Of a stretch of 64,000 nt of DNA, positions 36,244 through 45,884 are shown piece by piece (position 1 is the stretch's first letter; the number at the start of each line of letters is the position of its first letter). Both the position numbers and the translations under genes were made by a program. Under the pieces are notes generated by a model, which made no database searches, was not told the DNA's origin, and saw only the letters and a program-made list of their open reading frames with translations. Source of the stretch: an uncultured Pelagibacteraceae bacterium (GTDB lineage: Bacteria; Pseudomonadota; Alphaproteobacteria; Pelagibacterales; Pelagibacteraceae); contig CABZPD010000004.1 of the NCBI GenBank assembly GCA_902527415.1, forward strand, positions 40-64,039. Reading direction: 5' to 3'.

Positions 36244-37188
36244 ATGAAAAGCTTTGCAAAACTGAAAAAAATAAAAGGTGACGCGTCTTTTAGAGAATTT
36301 TATAGAAACAGAGAAAATAAATCCATTATTGTAATATCTAAGAAAGAAAAGTTAAAAAATCTTTTAATTTATGATGCGATAAATAAAATTTTACTTAAAA
36401 ATAAAATTTTAGCACCAAGGCTCTTGAGCGAAAATTATATTAATAATTATATAGAAATTAACGACTTTGGAGACCAAACTCTATTTCAAATTTTAAAAAA
36501 CAAAAAGAGTAATAAATACATGATTTTTAAAAAGATAATAAAAATTTTAAATAAAATTCAATTAATAAAAGATAAAAAAGTAAAAAATTTTAAAAACAAA
36601 TTATATAAAGTTCAAAAATACAATAACAAAATTTTATTTGATGAAACTAAACTTTTTTGTGACTGGTATGCGCCAAAGATATTATCTAAGTTGAAAAGTG
36701 TTAAATTTAAAAAAAAATTTAAATTAGAAATAAAAAACTTATTATCAAAATTAAATTATAAGAATGTCACTTTTGTTCATAGAGATTTTCATGTTTCAAA
36801 TTTGATGTATCTAAATAAAAAAATTGCAGTAATAGATAGTCAAGATGCATTAATTGGCAATAGAGCTTACGATTTAGCATCTTTAATTGATGACGTAAGA
36901 TTAAAAACACCCAATGAATTAAAAGAGAAAGTATTTAAGTTTTACGTCAAAACAAATAAAAAAATTGATTTGAAAAAATTTAAAAAGGATTTTGAAATTT
37001 TATCTGTTTTAAGGAATTTAAAAATAATTGGTATATTTATGCGTCTAGATGTAAGAGATAATAAAAAAAAATATCTTAAATTAATTCCCTACGCTTGGGA
37101 ATTGATCAATCATAGAATTAAAGAGCAGAATGAATTCAATAATTTGATGTTGCTATTAAAAAATAATTTTCCAAAATTTATAAGGTAG
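36244..37188 (+). CDS. amgK: AmgK-like anomeric MurNAc/GlcNAc kinase (aminoglycoside phosphotransferase fold)
   Basis: GDASFREFYR, HRDFHVSNLM, IDSQDA, YDLASL, RNLKIIGIF; between tsaE and murU. Confidence 0.8.
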   Translation: MKSFAKLKKIKGDASFREFYRNRENKSIIVISKKEKLKNLLIYDAINKILLKNKILAPRLLSENYINNYIEINDFGDQTLFQILKNKKSNKYMIFKKIIKILNKIQLIKDKKVKNFKNKLYKVQKYNNKILFDETKLFCDWYAPKILSKLKSVKFKKKFKLEIKNLLSKLNYKNVTFVHRDFHVSNLMYLNKKIAVIDSQDALIGNRAYDLASLIDDVRLKTPNELKEKVFKFYVKTNKKIDLKKFKKDFEILSVLRNLKIIGIFMRLDVRDNKKKYLKLIPYAWELINHRIKEQNEFNNLMLLLKNNFPKFIR

Positions 37189-37192
37189 AGTA

Positions 37193-37882
37193 GTGAGAAT
37201 AAATACAGCTTTAATTTTATGTGCCGGTTTTGGTAAGAGATTAAATCCAATTACTTTGAATACTCCAAAGCCCTTATTAGAGATTAAAGATGTAAGTATG
37301 CTGGAGAGATGCATTAATTTAATCGAAAAACTAGGTATTCAAAAAATCTTAATAAATACTTTTTATTTAAAGGATCAATTTTCAGTTTTTTTAAACAGTA
37401 AAAATTTCAACTTAGATATCAAAATAATTGAGGATGGTGAGCATATTTTAGATACAGGTGGGGGTATTCAAAATATGATTAAAGAATCAAATGAAAAAGA
37501 TTTTTTAATTTTTAATCCAGATACAATCTGGAGTAATAACTATAAAGACGAGATATTAAAAATGGAAAAAAAGTATTTTTCTGAAAAATTAGAAAATATT
37601 CTTCTCTTAGCAAATAAAAAATTAAGTTTTGATAAAAGGTTAAAAGGAGATTTCAATTTAAAAAATAATTTAATTTACAAAAAGGCTGAAAAAGAATTTA
37701 TTTACATTGGTTGTCAAATAATTAACAAAAAATTATTTATTAAAGAAAAAATAGAAAACTACTCAATTTTGGAAATTTGGAATTATTTATTAGATAAAAA
37801 AAAGTTATTTGGTTATGAAAGCCAAAAAGACTTTTATCATTTAACTGATTTGGATATTTTTAAAAAACTAAAAGATCTTTAG
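37193..37882 (+). CDS. murU: MurU-like sugar-1-phosphate nucleotidyltransferase
   Basis: LCAGFGKRLNPITLNTPKPL, LDTGGG; follows amgK. Confidence 0.78.
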   Translation: MRINTALILCAGFGKRLNPITLNTPKPLLEIKDVSMLERCINLIEKLGIQKILINTFYLKDQFSVFLNSKNFNLDIKIIEDGEHILDTGGGIQNMIKESNEKDFLIFNPDTIWSNNYKDEILKMEKKYFSEKLENILLLANKKLSFDKRLKGDFNLKNNLIYKKAEKEFIYIGCQIINKKLFIKEKIENYSILEIWNYLLDKKKLFGYESQKDFYHLTDLDIFKKLKDL

Positions 37883-38567
37883 CTCTTTCTTGATCAAGAT
37901 ATTTGCAATCAGAAATTTTGCTGTTTTCTAATTTAATTAAAAGTGGGTTTCCTGTAGGAATTTCAAGTTTAGAGATCTCATTGTTATCTAAATTGAATAA
38001 ATGTTTGCAAAGAGCTCTAATAGAGTTTCCATGAGCTGAAATAAGAATATTTTCAGTTGTTTTATTTTCAATCTCCTTGCTATAAAATTTTATTACTCTT
38101 TCAAATGTATCTTTCAGTGACTCAGTGTCAGGTATTTTTTCTAAAGGAATTTCTTTGTAAGTTTCAATATTCAGCGGATGATATGGATTTTTTTTATCTA
38201 AAGGCTCTGGTCTTAGATCCCAAGAACGTCTAAATTTATGAACTTTTTCTTCTCCAAGTTTTTTTTTCATTTCATCTTTATTTAATCCAGTCAGAGCACC
38301 ATAATGTCTTTCGTTTAATTCCCATGCACTTATTACTTTTTTAAAATCTTTCAATTCTTCTTGTATTATTTTTAAAGTATTTTTTGCTCTTAATTGAAAA
38401 GATGAATAATAAAGATTAATTTCAATATTTTCTTGCTTTATTAGTTGGCCAGCTTTTTTTGCCTCTGATTGTCCATTTTCTGTTAAATCTACATCTACCC
38501 ACCCAGTAAATTTTTTTTCAAGATTCCAGACACTTTGACCATGTCTAACTAAAATTAAATAACTCAT
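37860..38567 (-). CDS. gpmA: 2,3-bisphosphoglycerate-dependent phosphoglycerate mutase
   Basis: RHGQS, LNERHYG, AHGNSIR, IPTG. Confidence 0.95.
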   Translation of the reverse strand: MSYLILVRHGQSVWNLEKKFTGWVDVDLTENGQSEAKKAGQLIKQENIEINLYYSSFQLRAKNTLKIIQEELKDFKKVISAWELNERHYGALTGLNKDEMKKKLGEEKVHKFRRSWDLRPEPLDKKNPYHPLNIETYKEIPLEKIPDTESLKDTFERVIKFYSKEIENKTTENILISAHGNSIRALCKHLFNLDNNEISKLEIPTGNPLLIKLENSKISDCKYLDQERAKDLLVF

Positions 38568-38612
38568 TTGTTTATCTTTTAGATCAATTTGATAAATAAA
38601 ACTATATTATTA

Positions 38613-39008
38613 ATGATTAATTTTTTTTCGAAATATAAATTTATTTTTTATTTATTCAATTTTATTTTGATACTTTTGTATTTATACCCAGGTAGTTTAC
38701 TTGGTTGTTTTCTATACGATGATTGCAAATTACAACCACAAATAACAGTAGATTTTATAGTTTCTACTAATCACTTGTATGCGTTTGTTCTGTTTTCTAT
38801 TATTGGCTATTTAACATTTAATAAATCGTCTCAATTTATATTTCTCACTTTTTATTTACTATTTTTATCAATAATGCTTGAGATACTGCACTACGTTATA
38901 CCTGAAAGAAGTTTTGAGATTCCTGATTTGATTGGAAATCTTATAGGTGTCATTATGATAACAATTATTGTTTATTTTTTTAAAAAAAATGAAAACATTA
39001 AAAATTAA
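38613..39008 (+). CDS. Small VanZ-like membrane protein
   Basis: About four TM segments, H-x-Y-A-F and LEILH..IPERSFEIPDLIGN resemble the VanZ motif; start uncertain. Confidence 0.6.
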   Translation: MINFFSKYKFIFYLFNFILILLYLYPGSLLGCFLYDDCKLQPQITVDFIVSTNHLYAFVLFSIIGYLTFNKSSQFIFLTFYLLFLSIMLEILHYVIPERSFEIPDLIGNLIGVIMITIIVYFFKKNENIKN

Positions 39009-39588
39009 TTTTTTACTTATTTTAATTATATTAATTTCAGGATGCTCATCTGTTCCTAAAAATACAGCAGATGGTTGTTCCATATTTAATGAAAGATACA
39101 TGTGGTACAAACATGCAAAAAAAGCTGAGGAAAAATGGGGAACCCCAGTTTATTTACAGCTTGCAATTATAAAAATGGAATCCAGTTTTGACTGGTTAGC
39201 AAAACCTCCTAGACAGAAATTATTTAAAGTAGTGCCTTATAAGAGACCATCAAGTTCTTTTGGGTATTCACAGGCTGTAAAAGGAACATGGAAACAATAT
39301 AAAGAAGAAACTGGGAATAAGCTTGCTGCTAGAACAAGATTTAAAGACAGTGTAGATTTTATTGGTTGGTACACTAATAAAACTGAAAAAATTTTAAAAG
39401 TTTCAAAAAAAGATGCTTTCAAGCAGTATATTGCTTATCATGAAGGTTGGGGTAACTATAAAAATTATAAAAAAAATAAAAAAGTAATTAATCTAGCCAA
39501 AAGAGTGGAGAAACAATCAAATATTTATAAGCAACAATTATCAGAATGTAAAAATTCTTTATCAACATCAAAATATATTATTTTTTAA
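38989..39588 (+). CDS. Lipoprotein with SLT lytic transglycosylase-like domain
   Basis: Lipobox ISGC, AIIKMESSF catalytic Glu, SSSFGYSQA, YIAYHEG. Confidence 0.8.
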   Translation: MKTLKINFLLILIILISGCSSVPKNTADGCSIFNERYMWYKHAKKAEEKWGTPVYLQLAIIKMESSFDWLAKPPRQKLFKVVPYKRPSSSFGYSQAVKGTWKQYKEETGNKLAARTRFKDSVDFIGWYTNKTEKILKVSKKDAFKQYIAYHEGWGNYKNYKKNKKVINLAKRVEKQSNIYKQQLSECKNSLSTSKYIIF

Positions 39589-42500
39589 TTTAGCTGTTTT
39601 TTTAATTCAATATCAACAGCATCAATACGCTTAGTATTTTTTGCAAGAGCTAAATACATTGTTGGAGTAACATATAAAGTAAAGAAGGTTGAAATAATCA
39701 TTCCACCTAAAATTGTAGAGCCGACAGCTAATCTAGAACCTTCACCTGCACCTGGACCAATATTTCCAATAACTAATGGAAGCATTGCTATCATTGTACT
39801 AAGTGAGGTCATTATGATTGGTCGTATTCTCATCTGGCAAGCTTTAATTATAGCTTCCTGAATTTTAACACCAGTAGTTCTTATCTGGTTTGTATAGTCT
39901 ACAATCAAAATACTATTTTTTGTTGATATACCAATTAGTATTATTAAAGCGATTTGAGAGAAAATATTTACCGAACTATTTAAAAATAAAATAAATACTA
40001 AGCCACCAAATACAGCTAATGGAACTGTTAAAATAATAATAAATGGATGAACAAAGGAGTTAAATGTTGCTGCCATTACTAAGTAAGCTGTAATTAAAGC
40101 TAATGCAAAAATTAAGTATATTTCATTTGTTGTTTCTTTTAACTCTTCAGATTTTCCTTTCCAAGTGATTTGATTTTGAGGAGCAACTCTAATCATGACA
40201 TCTTCCAGGTATTTTATAGCCTCTGTTAGAGTGTAATCTTCTGCAAGCGCAGCAGAAATTGTAACTGCTCTTTGACGATTGTATCTTGGAAGCGCTTCAG
40301 CAGTGCCTTTCTCTTTAAACTCAACTAAACTTGCAACAGATACAAGTTTACCAGTTGTTTCAGATCTAACAAAAATTTTTGACAATCCATCTTTATCTCT
40401 TCTGTCTGCTAAATATTGTTGTAAAATAATTGGATATTCTCTTCCTTCTTTACTAAAAGTTGTTACTCTTTTTCCTCCATAAAGAGTTTCTAGAGTTCTA
40501 CCTATATTTTCAGTAGAAACTCCTAAATCATTTGCTCTATTTTTATTAGTGATTAATTTAACCTCAGGTTTATTTTTTGTATAATCACTTTCAATTCTAG
40601 ACATATTTCTATTTTTTCTTAGTTCTCTTAAGACACTATTTTGAATTTCTTCTAATTCTTCGTAGCTAGATCCATATATAACCATTTGAACGGGCTTATT
40701 GTAACTAGATACTCTTATTGATTGTGGAGAAATTGGAAAAGCAAAAGTTTCAGGCACAGAAACCACTTGTCCTATTGCCTCTCTTAATATTGTTTGACTA
40801 CCTTTTTCTCTATTTTTCCATTCATCAAGTAATGCAATAATTATAAAACTATTATAAGACGTTGCAGATCTTCCGAAACCAGGAACTCTCATGATTAGTC
40901 TTGCATATGGACTGTCTTCTGCCTGCAATAATCTTAATATTCTTCCTTCAATTATTTGCGCTTTTTCCTGTGTATATTCAAATGAACTTCCTTCATCAGT
41001 TGACCCAATAATTAAATAAGCACCTCTATCTTCAATTGGTATTAATTCTTTTTTGGAAAAACTAAACAAATAAGCTGAAGTAGCTATAATTAAAATTATA
41101 AATATTGAAATAGTTTTTTGTTTATTCACCCAATATTTAAGAGAGTTAACATAAAACCCTGTAAAAGATTTAAATCCATTATTAAATTTTTTTACGAAGA
41201 AATTAATTTTTTCTTTTTTGTTTAAAAATTTACTTCCTAGCATTGGAGATAATGTTAATGCCACAAAAGAAGATACAACAATTGAAAAAGATAAGGCTAT
41301 TGCTGTTTCTTTAAACAAAGTTCCTGATATTCCTTTAATAAAAATTAAAGGTAAAAATACTGCTACAAGAATTAAAGTCGTTGCAATAATTGCAAATGTA
41401 ATTTGTTTAGAACCTTTGTAAGCAGCGACTAAAGGTGTTTCTCCATTTTCAATTCTTGTATAGATCGCATCAGTCATGATTACAGAGTCATCAGTGATTA
41501 TACCAATTGCTAGAATAAAACTTAGTAATACAAAAATATTAATTGATAGATCAAATATATATAACCCGAGAAATGATCCAATAAGACTAACTGGCAAAGC
41601 AACCGCAGGAACTATTACAGCTTTTAGATTGCCTAAAAAAAGATAAATAATTAAAACAACTAGTACAAATGCAATTACTAAACTTTTATATACTTCTTCA
41701 ATTGCTGCACCAATATAGGTCGCTCTGTTAAATGCTATCTCTAACTTTAATCCATCAGGTAAGGATTTGTTAAGTTCTTTAATTTTAGTTTTTATTTGTT
41801 TAGAAAGTTCTACCGTTGATGCACCACTTTTTGCATAAATTCCAATTCCTACAGTTTTTAAATTTACTGCATTTTTTCTTTGTGCTTTAAATAAAGTTTT
41901 TTCTGAAACAGGTCCAAACTCTATATTAGCCACATCAGATAAAATGATAACTTTTTCTTTATTTTTCTTAAGTGGCAATTGTTTAATAGTATCAATATTA
42001 GAATAGGATTTATCAATGTTTAAAGTTAAGTCTTTGTTATTAGCTTCTAAGGTTCCAGCTGGAAGATTTATATTCTCATTTCTAAGAGCTCTTTCAACTT
42101 CTTGAATAGTAAGATCATTTGCAGCTAATTTTATTGGATCTATCCAAACTCTAACACTAAGCTCTCTTAATCCACCAACTAAAATTCGACCTACGTTTGG
42201 TACACTTGAGAATGCATCTATTAGATATCTTTCAGCATAATCTCCAAGATCTAAATCATTCCAAGTCGGAGATGATAAAGCTACCCACATTGTAGTTGTA
42301 AAACCTGCTGCCTGTTTTAAAATTTGTGGAGGGTTTGACTCACTTGGTAAATTATCTACAACCCTTGCAACTCTTTCTCTAATATCATTAGCAGCATCAT
42401 CCAAATCAATGTCTGTGTTGAATTGAATATTAATCCTACTTCTTCCATTGAGAGAACTTGAGTCAATATTTTTGATACCCTCAGCTCCACCAATTACATC

Positions 42501-42707
42501 CTCTAATTTTTGAGTTATTTCTTCATCAACAATTTCAGCTGAAGCAGATTTATAATCGGTTTGAACTTGAACTACTGGAGGCTGTATACCATCAGGAAGT
42601 TCTCTTACTGGCAATTCTAAAAAGACAAAAATACCAAAAATAATTAATATTAAAGACATGACCCAAGCTACTACGGGTCGTTTAATACTAACTTCAGTTA
42701 TATACAT
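39585..42707 (-). CDS. RND efflux permease (AcrB/AcrD/AcrF family)
   Basis: 1040 aa, SIKRPV N-terminus, DD pair in TM4, ALTLSP, KNSILIV, RIRPIIMTS. Confidence 0.95.
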   Translation of the reverse strand: MYITEVSIKRPVVAWVMSLILIIFGIFVFLELPVRELPDGIQPPVVQVQTDYKSASAEIVDEEITQKLEDVIGGAEGIKNIDSSSLNGRSRINIQFNTDIDLDDAANDIRERVARVVDNLPSESNPPQILKQAAGFTTTMWVALSSPTWNDLDLGDYAERYLIDAFSSVPNVGRILVGGLRELSVRVWIDPIKLAANDLTIQEVERALRNENINLPAGTLEANNKDLTLNIDKSYSNIDTIKQLPLKKNKEKVIILSDVANIEFGPVSEKTLFKAQRKNAVNLKTVGIGIYAKSGASTVELSKQIKTKIKELNKSLPDGLKLEIAFNRATYIGAAIEEVYKSLVIAFVLVVLIIYLFLGNLKAVIVPAVALPVSLIGSFLGLYIFDLSINIFVLLSFILAIGIITDDSVIMTDAIYTRIENGETPLVAAYKGSKQITFAIIATTLILVAVFLPLIFIKGISGTLFKETAIALSFSIVVSSFVALTLSPMLGSKFLNKKEKINFFVKKFNNGFKSFTGFYVNSLKYWVNKQKTISIFIILIIATSAYLFSFSKKELIPIEDRGAYLIIGSTDEGSSFEYTQEKAQIIEGRILRLLQAEDSPYARLIMRVPGFGRSATSYNSFIIIALLDEWKNREKGSQTILREAIGQVVSVPETFAFPISPQSIRVSSYNKPVQMVIYGSSYEELEEIQNSVLRELRKNRNMSRIESDYTKNKPEVKLITNKNRANDLGVSTENIGRTLETLYGGKRVTTFSKEGREYPIILQQYLADRRDKDGLSKIFVRSETTGKLVSVASLVEFKEKGTAEALPRYNRQRAVTISAALAEDYTLTEAIKYLEDVMIRVAPQNQITWKGKSEELKETTNEIYLIFALALITAYLVMAATFNSFVHPFIIILTVPLAVFGGLVFILFLNSSVNIFSQIALIILIGISTKNSILIVDYTNQIRTTGVKIQEAIIKACQMRIRPIIMTSLSTMIAMLPLVIGNIGPGAGEGSRLAVGSTILGGMIISTFFTLYVTPTMYLALAKNTKRIDAVDIELKKQLN

Positions 42708-42711
42708 TTAA

Positions 42712-43707
42712 TTATTTTTTCTCTTTATCTGATTTTTTAAAAATATTTTTCAACCAATCAAATTTACCTTTTTTATCTCCAGCTTTTTTTGATTTATCTT
42801 TTTTACCCCAGCTAGAATTTCCTTGTTTTTTCTTAGCACCTTTCTCTATAGGTCTGATTGTTAAATTTGGTCTTACTTTTTTTGTTCCTTCTGCAACAAT
42901 TTTATCTCCATTATTTAATCCGTCTAATATTTCTACAAAGCCTAAGTATCTATCTCCAATTGTTACCTTTGTTTTCATTACTTTATTTTTTTCATCTACT
43001 TTATAAATAAAAACATTTTCACCCTCGACAATTGTACTAGTGTCAGGAGCACTTAAGCCATTTCTTACATCATATTTAATTGATATTTCTAAAAATGAGC
43101 CAGGTAGTATTTCACCTGATGAATTGTCCATCTTAATTCTTGTTGCTAAAGCTCTTGTATCTTCACTTATCCTGCTAGCAAAAGAGTCCACTTCACCTTT
43201 ATAAATTTTATTTTTATATCCAGAAAATTTAATATCAACTGGCAGACCAACCTTAATAAAAGGTACAAAAATTTCAGGTATATCTACATCACAATATATT
43301 GAGCTAGTATCTTCAACATTAATTAATATTGAAGATTTTGAAACCTCTATATCTTCTGAAAATTCTCTTTTTCCAATAACACCATCAAATTGTGCAATAA
43401 CTTTTCGATTTTTAAGCTCAGCAATTACATCACCCTTCTTAACTTTTTGATTAAATTTTATAGGTTTTAATATTTCATATTTTTCAATTTTAAATGATTG
43501 TGTTTGAATTGGAGTTGCAGTCCCATAGGTACTAATAACATTTTCAAAAACTCTTTCTTGAGTAGTAGTTACTATTATTCCGGGCGGAGGTCTTTTACTG
43601 AATTTTTTTTTGAAATGATTTCCGATCATTGTTCTTCCAATAATCACTGTCGCAATTATAAGAAAAAAAATAATTACTATACTTGTTATTTTTGTTGATG
43701 TTTTCAT
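42712..43707 (-). CDS. RND periplasmic adaptor (membrane fusion protein), atypical
   Basis: N-terminal TM, VKKGDVIAEL and AQFDGVIG half-lipoyl motifs, GLNNGDKIVAEG; adjacent to the RND permease. Confidence 0.88.
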   Translation of the reverse strand: MKTSTKITSIVIIFFLIIATVIIGRTMIGNHFKKKFSKRPPPGIIVTTTQERVFENVISTYGTATPIQTQSFKIEKYEILKPIKFNQKVKKGDVIAELKNRKVIAQFDGVIGKREFSEDIEVSKSSILINVEDTSSIYCDVDIPEIFVPFIKVGLPVDIKFSGYKNKIYKGEVDSFASRISEDTRALATRIKMDNSSGEILPGSFLEISIKYDVRNGLSAPDTSTIVEGENVFIYKVDEKNKVMKTKVTIGDRYLGFVEILDGLNNGDKIVAEGTKKVRPNLTIRPIEKGAKKKQGNSSWGKKDKSKKAGDKKGKFDWLKNIFKKSDKEKK

Positions 43708-43710
43708 AGT

Positions 43711-44523
43711 TTAGTTTTTTCCATACTCAGCCCAAGAGCCATCGTAAATGGTCGGCATATATTTAGCATTTATTAAAGAATAAGCTAGTGCCAAAACACT
43801 TGCGGTCACTCCTGAACCACATGAAAATACTATGTTTTTATCATGGTCAAATTTAAATGACTTAAACTTTTCAAGTATTTTGTCTTTACTGACGAAAGTG
43901 TGGTCTTCGTTTATTAATTCAGAAAAGGGTAGGCAAAAAGAATTTTTTATTGAACCACTTCTCACACCTTTCCTTGGTTCAGCAACTTTGCCCTCAAATC
44001 TTTCTCTACTTCTTGCATCAACAACATTAAATTTTCCTGTATTAATATTTTCATCTATTTGTTTTTTATTTTTAACTAGTTCTATATTTTCTTTACATAT
44101 ATACTTAGAAGTTTGAGTGGTAACTTTTTTGTTATCTGTAGATTTATTTTCTTTTTTCCATTTTTTTAATCCACCATCCAGAACATGAACTAGTTTAGGA
44201 TTATGTCCATAATAAATTAAATTGTACCAACATCTACAAGAACTAATAACATCAGAGTTATCGTAAACTACTATTCGATCATTATTTTCTATACCCATAT
44301 TGCTCAATATTTTTTCCCAAGATTTACTATCAGTAAGCATATGTGGTAAATCAGTATCTAATTTAGAATTTTTATCTAAATCAAAAAAAATAGCATTTGG
44401 AATATGTTCTTCTGTATATTCCTCAAAACCGTTTCTTTGAGTTTGAGGCATATGCCACGAGCAATCAATAATTTTTACTTTTTCAATATTATTTTCTAAC
44501 CAACTTGTGTCAACTAAAGACAT
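43711..44523 (-). CDS. sseA: 3-mercaptopyruvate sulfurtransferase (double rhodanese)
   Basis: HIPNA, CGSGVTA active-site loop, YDGSWAEY. Confidence 0.92.
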   Translation of the reverse strand: MSLVDTSWLENNIEKVKIIDCSWHMPQTQRNGFEEYTEEHIPNAIFFDLDKNSKLDTDLPHMLTDSKSWEKILSNMGIENNDRIVVYDNSDVISSCRCWYNLIYYGHNPKLVHVLDGGLKKWKKENKSTDNKKVTTQTSKYICKENIELVKNKKQIDENINTGKFNVVDARSRERFEGKVAEPRKGVRSGSIKNSFCLPFSELINEDHTFVSKDKILEKFKSFKFDHDKNIVFSCGSGVTASVLALAYSLINAKYMPTIYDGSWAEYGKN

Positions 44524-44524
44524 T

Positions 44525-44968
44525 TTATCTTTTTTCCAAATATCGTTGATGATACTCTTCAGCTGGGCAATAATTTTTAACTAAAGAAGTTTTTGTTACT
44601 ACTTTTCCTGATAATTTGATGTTTTCTTTTTCTATCATTTTTTCAGCAGTAATTTTTTGCTGATCATTTAAATAAAATATTTCACTTCTATATTGAGTTC
44701 CGAAATCTGGTCCTTGAGAATTTAAGGTTGTTGGATCATGAATTTCAAAAAAATATTCAAGAATTTTCTCGTAAGATATTACTTTAGGATCAAAATCTAA
44801 TTTTACTACTTCTGCATGATTTGTTGTACCTGTGCATACTTCTTTGTAATTTGTTTCAGCATTATGACCTCCACAATAACCTACTTCTGTTTTTATAACT
44901 CCATCAAGTTTACTAAACTTAATTTCTGGTCCCCAAAAACATCCTAATCCTAAAATTGCTATTTCCAT
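44525..44968 (-). CDS. msrA: Peptide methionine sulfoxide reductase A
   Basis: GCFWG, HDPT, GTQYRS, AEEYHQRY. Confidence 0.96.
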   Translation of the reverse strand: MEIAILGLGCFWGPEIKFSKLDGVIKTEVGYCGGHNAETNYKEVCTGTTNHAEVVKLDFDPKVISYEKILEYFFEIHDPTTLNSQGPDFGTQYRSEIFYLNDQQKITAEKMIEKENIKLSGKVVTKTSLVKNYCPAEEYHQRYLEKR

Positions 44969-45002
44969 TGATAATTAACTTAATTAATCTAAAGTTAATC
45001 AT

Positions 45003-45884
45003 ATGCTATCAAAAAATCAATTAGGCTTTTTTTACATGTTCATATCGGTATGTGCATTTTCACTTATGGATGTCATTGTTAAATGGTCTGAGGATTATCC
45101 CGTTGGACAAGTATTATTTTTCAGAGGATTTTGTGGAATAATTCCAATTTTATTTCTTATTCCTAAAGATAGATATTTAGATTTTTACAAAACAACTAGA
45201 CCATTTCTTCACTTTAAAAGATGTTTAGCAGGATTAATTGCTTTGGTTTCAATATTTGTAGCATTAAGAAATTTGCCTTTAGCAACAGTTGTAAGTATTT
45301 CTTTTGCAGCACCAATATTTATAACAATATTTTCAATTTTTTTACTAAAAGAAAAAGTTGGTATTTATCGATGGTTAGCAGTCTTAGTTGGATTTATTGG
45401 CATAATTTTCATCACAGAACCAGGTTTTAGCTCTCTAAATTTATATTATATCTATCCTATAATTTTTTGCTTAGGTTTATCTTATGTAGCTATTGCTATA
45501 AGAAAATTATCATCAACTGAGCCTGCTTGGTTGATAAGTTTTTTCTTTTCATTCTCGATAATGCTTCTAAGTTTTTTATCTTTTTATCAGGGATGGATCT
45601 TGCCAAGTTTACTTGATTTATTTTTGTTATCAATGGTTGGTATATTGGGTGGTCTTGCAAATTTATGGTTATCACAATCTTATAAATATTCAGAAGTGAG
45701 TTTAGTTTCTCCTTTAAAATATCTTGGATTAGTCTTTGCTATAATATTTGGATATTTTATTTGGAATGAAATACCAACTTCTAAAACATTATTAGGTGCC
45801 TTATTAGTTATAGTTTCATCTATTATTATATTTAGAAGAGAAATGTACTTGAAAAAAAAGTTATCTGTTTCTAGACATGAGTAA
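45003..45884 (+). CDS. DMT/EamA family transporter
   Basis: About ten TM segments in two repeats, LLKEKVG motif. Confidence 0.88.
   Translation: MLSKNQLGFFYMFISVCAFSLMDVIVKWSEDYPVGQVLFFRGFCGIIPILFLIPKDRYLDFYKTTRPFLHFKRCLAGLIALVSIFVALRNLPLATVVSISFAAPIFITIFSIFLLKEKVGIYRWLAVLVGFIGIIFITEPGFSSLNLYYIYPIIFCLGLSYVAIAIRKLSSTEPAWLISFFFSFSIMLLSFLSFYQGWILPSLLDLFLLSMVGILGGLANLWLSQSYKYSEVSLVSPLKYLGLVFAIIFGYFIWNEIPTSKTLLGALLVIVSSIIIFRREMYLKKKLSVSRHE

Noticed and set aside
35778-37188. tsaE-amgK fusion or programmed readthrough
   Set aside because: tsaE ends with TAA and the kinase starts in a different frame after a spacer; two separate genes
44974-44999. TTAA-N7-TTAA (CtrA-box-like) and an inverted repeat between msrA and the DMT gene
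   Set aside because: Expected by chance in such AT-rich DNA; the flanking genes are not cell-cycle genes
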